A stretch of DNA of 36,995 bases from Candidatus Planktophila sp. (GTDB lineage Bacteria > Actinomycetota > Actinomycetes > Nanopelagicales > Nanopelagicaceae), in assembly GCA_044357675.1 (NCBI GenBank), contig JBIKPC010000001.1:1-36995 (forward strand). Reading direction: 5' to 3'. Below, piece after piece: positions 29,964 through 36,995 of the stretch. Numbering within the stretch: the first letter of the stretch is position 1; each line of letters opens with the position of its first letter. The notes beneath the pieces were generated by a model. It was not told where the DNA came from. It ran no database searches and saw only the letters and a program-made list of their open reading frames with translations. The position numbers were made by a program, and so were the translations under genes.

Positions 29964-30908
29964 ATGTCGTATGCAATTGGTATCGATGTCGGTGGGACCA
30001 AGGTTCTTGGCGGTGTAGTTGATGAAAGTGGAAAGATTTGTGCAACTGCACGTAAAGACACTCCTCGTCAAGGTGGCGCGGCGCTAACTCAGACAATTGC
30101 TGACACCGCTCTTGAACTGATGGCTCAATTTGATGTGACATCAATTGGTGTATCTGCAGCAGGATTTGTTTCATCGGACCGCAAAACAATGCTTGCAACT
30201 CCGAACATCGCTGACTGGAATGGCGTTGATTTGGATCACGAACTGACAACTTTAATTGGATTACCTGTTGTCATCGAAAATGACGCAAATGCTGCAGCAT
30301 GGGGCGAAGCAAAATTTGGTGCTGGTCGAAATCAAAATCACATGATGATGTTAACTGTCGGTACTGGCATTGGTGGAGGAATTGTTGTTAACGGTGATTT
30401 ATACCGAGGAGCATTTGGAATAGCCGCCGAGTTTGGTCACCTACGTGTTGTTCCTGATGGTCATCTATGTGGTTGTGGTGCACGTGGTTGTTTTGAGCAG
30501 TATGCATCTGGAAATGCACTTCTGCGTCACGCTCGTGAGGCAATTAGCGCAAGCCCTGAAATTGCCCGAAATCTTTTATCGCGCGGTGATGGAACTATTG
30601 CTGGATTAACTGGACAAGCAATAACAGATGCAGCGCGCGAAGGCGATCCTGTTGCACTTGCCGCATTTAATACAACGGGCCAATGGCTTGGTGCGGGCAT
30701 TGCTTCATTATCGGTTTTATTGGATCCGAGCTGTGTTGTTATCGGTGGGGGAGTAATTGATGCAGGAGAAATCTTGTTGAAGCCAACACGCGAAGCGCTA
30801 GAAAGAACTATGCCATTTGCAGGAAAACATCCTTATCCGACTTTAATTGCTGCTGAATTAGGCAATGAAGCGGGACTTGTTGGTGTTGCAGATTTAGCCA
30901 GACACTAA
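29964..30908 (+). CDS. glkA: ROK family glucokinase
   Basis: IGIDVGGTK, ENDANAAAWGE, GTGIGGG, EFGH...CGCG.RGC.E. Confidence 0.92.
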   Translation: MSYAIGIDVGGTKVLGGVVDESGKICATARKDTPRQGGAALTQTIADTALELMAQFDVTSIGVSAAGFVSSDRKTMLATPNIADWNGVDLDHELTTLIGLPVVIENDANAAAWGEAKFGAGRNQNHMMMLTVGTGIGGGIVVNGDLYRGAFGIAAEFGHLRVVPDGHLCGCGARGCFEQYASGNALLRHAREAISASPEIARNLLSRGDGTIAGLTGQAITDAAREGDPVALAAFNTTGQWLGAGIASLSVLLDPSCVVIGGGVIDAGEILLKPTREALERTMPFAGKHPYPTLIAAELGNEAGLVGVADLARH

Positions 30909-30921
30909 TTCAGAGTAGCGT

Positions 30922-31902
30922 CTAGTTTTCAAAGGGGTAGTGCAACCCGATTTGAGAACGCACAGTGTCTAGCGTTTGCATGATGTCCACAGTGTCTTTC
31001 CAATTCAAAATCTCTGATTGATTCTGTCCCGAAACAACAAGTTTTTTGAATGCTTCTGCTTGTTGACGTAGGCCATGTCCGATGTAGGTATTCGGATATT
31101 GCGTTACAGAGCCATCAAACAAAGTAACCCGCATGCTTGTTGGAGTGTAAAAGACGCGATCAATTTCTAACCACCCATTTACTCCAGCAACGACAGCGCG
31201 ACATGGGGTTTGTTCAATCATTGTTGTGTTCAAAACTGCCTGCGCCCCATTGGCATAATCAAAAATCATTGATGTTTGGGCATCGACACCTTTGGCAGTT
31301 AGAACACCGCTTGCTGTAATTTTTGTTGGATTACCCAAAATCATATGAGCTAATGACACAGGATAAATCCCAAGATCCAACAGTGCGCCTCCTGCAAGTG
31401 AGGGTTCTACTAATCGTGGGATATTTTGATCAGCCAGACGCTGTCCGTGATCTGCATGGATGGTGAGGATTTGTCCTAAAACGCCACTCGCAATTATTTC
31501 TCGCACTTGGGCGTAATGGGGCAGAAAACGTGACCACATTGCTTCCATCAGTGCAACATTATTTTTCTGTGCAGCAGCCACCATTTCTTGTGCTTCAACT
31601 GCATTAACCGCAAAAGGTTTTTCGCATAAAACTGGTTTACCGGCATTGAGCGCAGCAATGACATTGTCTTTATGTGCAGGATGCGGTGTTGCAACATAAA
31701 TTGCATCAATTGCTGGATCAGAGATTAACTCGTCATAACTTCCGTATGCGGATCCTCCGAAAGTTTGCGCAAATTCTTGTGCATTGCTTAAAGTTCGAGA
31801 ACCAACTGCGCCAACACGATGCCCAGCTAGTTGCTGTAGATCTGCTGCAAAAGCTCGCGCGATTCCTCCAGGACCTAAAATTCCCCAATTGAAATCACTC
31901 AC
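30922..31902 (-). CDS. Gfo/Idh/MocA family oxidoreductase
   Basis: WGILGPGGIA, YVATPH, VLCEKP, GGALLDLGIY. Confidence 0.92.
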   Translation of the reverse strand: MSDFNWGILGPGGIARAFAADLQQLAGHRVGAVGSRTLSNAQEFAQTFGGSAYGSYDELISDPAIDAIYVATPHPAHKDNVIAALNAGKPVLCEKPFAVNAVEAQEMVAAAQKNNVALMEAMWSRFLPHYAQVREIIASGVLGQILTIHADHGQRLADQNIPRLVEPSLAGGALLDLGIYPVSLAHMILGNPTKITASGVLTAKGVDAQTSMIFDYANGAQAVLNTTMIEQTPCRAVVAGVNGWLEIDRVFYTPTSMRVTLFDGSVTQYPNTYIGHGLRQQAEAFKKLVVSGQNQSEILNWKDTVDIMQTLDTVRSQIGLHYPFEN

Positions 31903-32162
31903 AGCGTTGCACCATCATCTTCGTGGTAACCACGCTTTAACCAACGATTGATTGCGCGCTGCGCAGAAGCAATAAATCCTTTTGGCGTTTGTCGTGGGGG
32001 ATTGGGTTGAACAAAGCCTGCTTGATCGATTCGATCGAGATCATCCAAATAAGTTGTTGGAGCAGATTCATCAAGGGAGAGGCCAGAGACTATGGATTCG
32101 AACTCAGAACGAATCAAATCCTCTTCATCAAACTCATCTGGTTCTTTTTTGGCGTTACTCAC
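31899..32162 (-). CDS. Small acidic hypothetical protein ending in DDGATL
   Basis: GTGA overlap with the oxidoreductase start, -10-like CACTAT 6 nt upstream, motifs FESIVSG and DDGA. Confidence 0.7.
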   Translation of the reverse strand: MSNAKKEPDEFDEEDLIRSEFESIVSGLSLDESAPTTYLDDLDRIDQAGFVQPNPPRQTPKGFIASAQRAINRWLKRGYHEDDGATL

Positions 32163-32206
32163 CCTCAGATAGTGTCATAGTCGTCAATAACCAGTAAATT
32201 AACCCC
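32163..32206. promoter_or_regulatory. Divergent leaderless promoter pair (minus CACTAT 32174-32169; plus TAAATT 32195-32200)
   Basis: Each hexamer lies 6 nt from a GTG start. Confidence 0.55.
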
Positions 32207-32899
32207 GTGCTGAACAACCTGCCCTACGGAGCATTGCGAGCATTCCTGACCCCATTTTTGATGCTTGCCTTCCGTCCCAAGGTGCGCGGACTTCGAAATG
32301 TGCCGGCAAAGGGACCAGTAATTATTGCCTCGAACCATTTGTCCTTTAGTGATTCGATCTTCATGCCGCTGGTTGTTCCCCGTAAAGTTACATTCCTAGC
32401 CAAAAGTGAGTACTTCACCTCACCTGGACCAAAGGGATTGTTGAAAAAGTTAACCTTCATTGCGCTAGGTCAAGTACCAGTTGATCGTTCCGGTGGTCGT
32501 CGCAGCGAAGCAGCGTTGATCACAGGACTCAAGGTTTTAGCAGATGGAGATTGCATCGGCATCTATCCAGAAGGAACCAGATCACCCGATGGACGTTTAT
32601 ATAAAGGTCGCACCGGCATTGCTCGCTTGGCTATTGAATCTGGTGCGCCAGTAATTCCAGTGGCGATGTCAAACACCGACAAAATTCAACCCACAGGGCA
32701 AGTTATTCCAAATGTAAAACGGGTTGGAATGAATTTTGGAAAACCAATGTACTTTGATGGTGATTCAACAGATCTCCAACACCTGCGAGATGTAACCGAT
32801 CAGATTATGAATGCGATTCATGCCATGTCTGGCCAGGAGTACATCGATATCTATGCTCCAAAAAAAGCAAAGCTAGGCGAAATTCAAGAAGAGGATTAA
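32207..32899 (+). CDS. plsC: 1-acyl-sn-glycerol-3-phosphate (lysophospholipid) acyltransferase
   Basis: NHLSFSD (HX4D), FLAKSEYF, PVDR, YPEGTRS. Confidence 0.92.
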   Translation: MLNNLPYGALRAFLTPFLMLAFRPKVRGLRNVPAKGPVIIASNHLSFSDSIFMPLVVPRKVTFLAKSEYFTSPGPKGLLKKLTFIALGQVPVDRSGGRRSEAALITGLKVLADGDCIGIYPEGTRSPDGRLYKGRTGIARLAIESGAPVIPVAMSNTDKIQPTGQVIPNVKRVGMNFGKPMYFDGDSTDLQHLRDVTDQIMNAIHAMSGQEYIDIYAPKKAKLGEIQEED

Positions 32900-33573
32900 T
32901 CCAAAGCGTTGCGTGCAACCAGATAGTTGCATGTTTGGCACTCAGCGCCAGCTTCGGGAAGTTCGCCTTCTAGAACATCTATGAACTCGCCAATTACTTT
33001 CAGGAAGTTTGCTTGATCTCTCTCAACTGGAACATATTTTTGAAAAACTCCAAAGCCATAATCTGCAACAGATGTTCCAATAGCAGTCGTTGGCTTCCAC
33101 ACCAGTAGTCCAATTGAAGCAACGGTTTGGGACTTACCTGCAGCAGGATTTTCAAGGCTATATGCATATGCCTCGAGCTGAGGTGAATAAAACTGTCCAC
33201 TGTCGCGCTGACTATCTGAAACCTTGCAATCGATCAGGCCAATTGTGCCATCCTCGTTTGTAGCGACCAAGTCATACTTTCCTAAAATGCGCCAACGAGT
33301 TTCCAAACCGTTAACAACGAGCGGCTTACTCTTAACCCATTCGCCCCACTTACTTACTGTTCCTGCGCGAAGGGAAGGGTCGATAGTCGGCATATCTGCG
33401 CCCTGAAAATGTTCCTCTTGCAAAGCCGCCATTGTTCCAACCAACGGAAATGCACCGGGCATTGTGACTTTGTACCAGTACTTAATCCACAAACATCTTT
33501 TGCAGGTAGATAGACCAAATGTTAGATCTGATGGAGAAATGTTTTCACGGGCGGGCTTGGCTGGTTTAATCAT
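32896..33573 (-). CDS. Standalone PD-(D/E)XK nuclease, RecB/AddB/Cas4-like, with N- and C-terminal CxxC pairs
   Basis: ISPS...CKRC, GKYDLV (motif II), IDCK (motif III), QLEAY (QxxxY), CQTC. Confidence 0.85.
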   Translation of the reverse strand: MIKPAKPARENISPSDLTFGLSTCKRCLWIKYWYKVTMPGAFPLVGTMAALQEEHFQGADMPTIDPSLRAGTVSKWGEWVKSKPLVVNGLETRWRILGKYDLVATNEDGTIGLIDCKVSDSQRDSGQFYSPQLEAYAYSLENPAAGKSQTVASIGLLVWKPTTAIGTSVADYGFGVFQKYVPVERDQANFLKVIGEFIDVLEGELPEAGAECQTCNYLVARNALD

Positions 33574-33602
33574 GACGCAATTGTGTACTTAGCCGCTGAC
33601 AA
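33574..33602 (-). promoter_or_regulatory. PafBC/RecA-NDp-like promoter of the nuclease, leaderless
   Basis: Minus strand reads tTGTCAG-cggctaagta-CACAAT-tgcgtc-ATG (TGTCAG 33601-33596, -10 at 33585-33580). Confidence 0.62.
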
Positions 33603-34233
33603 TTGCTGACACCAAAACTGATATTCCTAGAATAATCATGATGATTCCGCCGGTTGCACGAAGTTTTTCTAATCGCTTGGAATCGGTGGCTAGCCATTCG
33701 CGCGCAGTTCCGGCTAGCAGCCCCCAAGTTCCATCTGAAAAAAATGCCAAAATCGCAAAGATTGCACCGAGCAGAATCAACTGAGAAGTAACGCTGCCAC
33801 GTTCGCGATCTATGAACTGGGGCAGAACCGCTGCGAAGAAAACAATACCTTTGGGGTTGAGTGCGCCAACCCAGTAGCCATCCCACATAGAACGTCGGGC
33901 ACTCGGTGCCACATCACCTTGGTTAGTCATGTCAGCGGCATGCACGCTGCGTTTTCGAATTGCATCGATTCCAAGATAAATCAGATAAAGCCCGCCTCCC
34001 CATTGCACTGCAATGTAGGCAAGTTCAGAACGTTGCAAAATTGGACCAAGGCCAAGTGCAACAAAGACCGAGAGTGAAAAAGCTCCAGTTACATTTCCAG
34101 CGACTGAAAACACCGCTGTCTTTCGACCCCACGCGATGGCCCGAGCGATGACAAACAATACGCTCGGGCCAGGCGCCAAGATAATCACCATCGCGGCAAC
34201 GATGTATTCAGGCAGCCGCGATGGAATGATCAT
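33589..34233 (-). CDS. LysE/RhtB family amino-acid exporter
   Basis: LAPGPS, GGGLYLIYLG, LNPKGIVFF...PQF; -10 TAACAT 6 nt upstream. Confidence 0.92.
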   Translation of the reverse strand: MIIPSRLPEYIVAAMVIILAPGPSVLFVIARAIAWGRKTAVFSVAGNVTGAFSLSVFVALGLGPILQRSELAYIAVQWGGGLYLIYLGIDAIRKRSVHAADMTNQGDVAPSARRSMWDGYWVGALNPKGIVFFAAVLPQFIDRERGSVTSQLILLGAIFAILAFFSDGTWGLLAGTAREWLATDSKRLEKLRATGGIIMIILGISVLVSAIVSG

Positions 34234-34242
34234 GCAGGGATG

Positions 34243-35502
34243 TTACTTATTACCTCGTGCATCTGCAATTGAGTGAAGAATTCGGTATCCAAGGATTGCT
34301 ACCAAGGTAGCGTTGATGATTCCGTTGAATGTGTAATCTCCACGAGTCCATGACATATCTGCAATACCGATAATCAATGCAGAACCTGCGATCAAAAGGT
34401 TAGTTGAGTTCGCAAAATCAACCTTTCCTTCGATCCAGATACGCGCACCAACAACACCGATCATTCCAAATAGTGCAACACCGACTCCACCGAGTGCTCC
34501 TACTGGAGTAGCACTAAGCACTGCGCCGAATTTTGGTGACAATGAAAGTCCAATCGCACCAACACCTGCGATCCAATATGCAGCTGTTGAGTAAACGCGA
34601 GTGGCAGCCATGACGCCAATGTTCTCTGCATATGTTGTTGTACCGGAACCGCCACCGAAGCCTGCAAGTGTTGTTGCAACACCATCAGCCATCAGCGCTG
34701 TACCCATTTGATCATCTAGATCTTTGCCAGTCATTGAGGCAACTGCCTTAACGTGACCAACATTTTCTGCAATCAAAACAAGCACAACAGGCAGGAACAA
34801 AACAATGGCTTTGCCATCAAAGGTTGGATTTGTAAATGTAGGTAGGGCAAACCACTTGGCTGCCGTGATGCCATCTGTAGCCACATCGCCTTGTATGTAA
34901 GCCACGCCGTAACCGATCATCAATCCTAAGAAGATACTGATGCGGCCAAGGAACCCACGAGAAAATGCCGAAATTAGTCCGATGGATGCCAAAGTAATGA
35001 CACCAATCATTGGAGCGGCTACAAAGTTATTTTTTGCAGCACCTGCCAAGTTAAGACCAATAACCATCACGATCGTTCCTGTTACAACAGGTGGCAACAT
35101 CCAGTTGATCCAACCAATGCCCCATTGCTGAACGATCAGACCAACAGCGGCAAGGATTAGGCCAGTTACTACAACGCCGCCGAGAGCAGCACCCATTCCG
35201 CCGCTTGTCTTTGCAGCTGCAATTGGTGCCAAGAATGCAAAGGATGACCCTAAGTAGCTAGGAACTTTGTTTTTGGTAAGAGCTAGGAAAAGGAGCGTTC
35301 CGATTCCTGAAAAGAACAGAGTTGTTGTTGGGGGGAAGCCCGTAATGATTGGGACCAGAAATGTCGCGCCGAACATTGCGGCAATGTGTTGTAGACCTAC
35401 ACCGATGGTGCGGGGCCAGGTGAGGCGCTCATCAGTTAAAACAACCTCGCCATGGCTAATTGATTTTCCGTTTCCATGGAGTTTCCACGAGAGTAGAGAC
35501 AC
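34243..35502 (-). CDS. NCS2 family uracil/xanthine permease
   Basis: QHIAAMFGAT, PSYLGSSFAF, ENVGH, TTTYAENIG signature. Start moved to GTG 35502, after SD GAAGGGA. Confidence 0.92.
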   Translation of the reverse strand: MSLLSWKLHGNGKSISHGEVVLTDERLTWPRTIGVGLQHIAAMFGATFLVPIITGFPPTTTLFFSGIGTLLFLALTKNKVPSYLGSSFAFLAPIAAAKTSGGMGAALGGVVVTGLILAAVGLIVQQWGIGWINWMLPPVVTGTIVMVIGLNLAGAAKNNFVAAPMIGVITLASIGLISAFSRGFLGRISIFLGLMIGYGVAYIQGDVATDGITAAKWFALPTFTNPTFDGKAIVLFLPVVLVLIAENVGHVKAVASMTGKDLDDQMGTALMADGVATTLAGFGGGSGTTTYAENIGVMAATRVYSTAAYWIAGVGAIGLSLSPKFGAVLSATPVGALGGVGVALFGMIGVVGARIWIEGKVDFANSTNLLIAGSALIIGIADMSWTRGDYTFNGIINATLVAILGYRILHSIADARGNK

Positions 35503-35631
35503 TTGAAACTTCCCTTCATCTGAGTATCCGGAGTAGGACACTCCTAAAAGGGTAGAACTAGGCTGGGCGTTACCTGTGTCTACGCCACGCATCCTGAAGG
35601 GTTAAAGATGAGCCTGGCTGGCGAGCCTGAG

Positions 35632-35677
35632 TTGCACGCTCGGGTATATCCCAATAGATTACGGCTCGATATATCGA
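35632..35677 (+). promoter_or_regulatory. SigA-type promoter TTGCAC-N17-TAGATT with palindromic operator TCGATATATCGA over the start site
   Basis: -35 at 35632-35637, -10 at 35655-35660, perfect 12-bp palindrome at 35666-35677, related GGGTATATCCC at 35642-35652. Confidence 0.7.
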
Positions 35678-35725
35678 ATAGATACATATGTCGGAGTATC
35701 CATCAGCTATGAGAGGAGGGGTCAG

Positions 35726-36256
35726 ATGCGCTCACGGTCAGAGTCACTTGAATTCGCCCTCCTAGGCCTGCTCTCACAAGCCCCATTGCATGGTTACGAG
35801 CTTCGCAAGCGCATAGGCACCATCTTCGGTCCATTCCGCGCCTTGTCATTTTCCGTTTTGTACCCGCAGCTTCGCCGCATGGTTGAAGCAGGCGTGATTG
35901 AAGAAACCGTTGTTGAGGCTACATCTCGTCGTTCTCGCATTGTCTATGACATCACCGATAAGGGCGCTCGCAGATTTGAATCCCTGACTGAATCAGTAAC
36001 ACCAGAAACTTGGGAGGATGAAGGTTTCGAAATTCGTTTCGCATTCTTTAGCCCGACCTCAGCAAATAACAGAGTAAGAATTCTTGAGGGACGCCATCGT
36101 CGCCTTAAGGAGAAAGCCGAAATCCTTCGTGGTGAACTCGAGAAGTCACCTGTTGGTATCGACAAATATCTGGAGGAATGGCGACGTCATTCACTGGAGA
36201 CAGCTGATCGAGAGATCGCTTGGCTGGAAGACATGATCAAAACCGAGAGGAAATAG
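35726..36256 (+). CDS. PadR family transcriptional regulator (type found upstream of ino1 in Actinobacteria)
   Basis: LGLL...[34 protein letters not shown]; strong SD GAGGAGG. Confidence 0.92.
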   Translation: MRSRSESLEFALLGLLSQAPLHGYELRKRIGTIFGPFRALSFSVLYPQLRRMVEAGVIEETVVEATSRRSRIVYDITDKGARRFESLTESVTPETWEDEGFEIRFAFFSPTSANNRVRILEGRHRRLKEKAEILRGELEKSPVGIDKYLEEWRRHSLETADREIAWLEDMIKTERK

Positions 36257-36257
36257 A

Positions 36258-36995
36258 GTGAATATCACAACCGGTAAAGGCGACATCCGTGTTGCAATCG
36301 TTGGCGTTGGAAACTGCGCTAACTCATTAGTCCAGGGCGTTGAATATTATAAAGATGCTGCCCTAGATCAAGAGATCCCAGGTCTCATGCACGCTGTTGT
36401 TGGGGGATACCACATCTCTAGCATCAAGTTTGTTGCAGCCTTCGATGTTGATGCGAAGAAGGTTGGGCTTGACCTTGCCGATGCAATTTGGGCAAGTGAG
36501 AACAACACAATCAAATTTAGTGATGTTGCAAAGACTGGTGTTCCAGTTCTTCGTGGTGTTACAAATGATGGTCTCGGTAAGTATTATCGCGAGACAATCA
36601 AAGAATCAGATGCTCCAGCTGTAGATGTTGTACAGGTTCTAAAGGATGAGGCGATCGATGTCTTGATCTGCTACCTACCTGTAGGTTCTGAAACAGCTGC
36701 TAAGTACTATGCACAGTGCGCAATTGATGCTGGATGTGCTTTTGTTAATGCACTGCCAGTATTTATCGCATCAGATCCTGTATGGGAAAAGAAGTTTGCA
36801 GATGCAGGACTTCCGATTGTTGGAGATGACATTAAGAGCCAAGTTGGTGCGACCATCACTCACCGCATCATGGCTAAGTTGTTCCAGGATCGTGGCGTTC
36901 ATTTAGATCGCACCTATCAGCTAAATGTTGGTGGAAACATGGACTTCAAGAACATGCTCGAGCGTGATCGTCTTGAATCAAAGAAAATCTCAAAG
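36258..36995 (+). CDS. ino1: myo-inositol-1-phosphate synthase (3' end outside window; not in the ORF track)
   Basis: GTG 36258 opens [27 protein letters not shown]...FDVDAKKVG...YLPVGS...[15 protein letters not shown]...[26 protein letters not shown]. Confidence 0.95.
   Translation, partial: MNITTGKGDIRVAIVGVGNCANSLVQGVEYYKDAALDQEIPGLMHAVVGGYHISSIKFVAAFDVDAKKVGLDLADAIWASENNTIKFSDVAKTGVPVLRGVTNDGLGKYYRETIKESDAPAVDVVQVLKDEAIDVLICYLPVGSETAAKYYAQCAIDAGCAFVNALPVFIASDPVWEKKFADAGLPIVGDDIKSQVGATITHRIMAKLFQDRGVHLDRTYQLNVGGNMDFKNMLERDRLESKKISK

Noticed and set aside
32896-33573. CRISPR-associated Cas4
   Set aside because: No cas1/cas2 or repeat-spacer array is in the window, and the Cys layout differs from canonical Cas4.
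35503-35631. PyrR attenuator or purine riboswitch before the NCS2 permease
   Set aside because: No AGUCC-GAGAGG loop or purine aptamer core, and no U-tailed terminator.
158-36906. Numerous 60-171 aa antisense and alternative-frame ORFs in the track (e.g. 158-508, 17035-17550, 21537-22022, 33566-33886, 36397-36624)
   Set aside because: They overlap well-supported genes, have no recognisable motifs, and look like codon-bias shadows.
1-36995. Mobile element, prophage, tRNA/rRNA or defence island
   Set aside because: No integrase, transposase, phage or structural RNA signatures were seen, and the intergenic spaces are too small.

Overview
Compact, almost entirely coding chromosomal window from a low-GC (by eye roughly mid-40s %) actinobacterium. 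Gene content, tiny intergenic spacers and shortened proteins are consistent with a genome-streamlined freshwater acI/Nanopelagicales-type genome (inference). It holds about 38 mostly core genes in remnants of conserved actinobacterial neighbourhoods: rpsP-khpA-rimM-trmD; class II amidotransferase-miaB-miaA-dapF-hflX; DUF4193/DUF3093/PaaI/dut/DUF3159/trkA-trkA; RNA methyltransferase-acnA-dxs; fadA-fadB; efeU; DUF3000-rnd; NlpC/P60-pimB'; fadD-histidine kinase-response regulator; SRPBCC-glkA; plsC; a PD-(D/E)XK nuclease; lysE; an NCS2 permease; padR-ino1. No rRNA, tRNA, CRISPR array, transposase or prophage gene was seen. The most interesting signals are regulatory. (1) Two PafBC/RecA-NDp-type DNA-damage promoters (TGTCAG-N10-[T/C]AnnnT-N6/7-ATG) drive a standalone four-cysteine RecB/Cas4-like nuclease and a 57-aa Cys-rich microprotein. 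(2) About 17 transcription units appear leaderless, including five back-to-back divergent pairs. (3) A 157-aa sensor-less histidine kinase is translationally coupled to an acyl-CoA synthetase. (4) Palindromic operators lie upstream of fadAB and padR-ino1. Product calls rest on motif recognition and recalled synteny; no database search was run.
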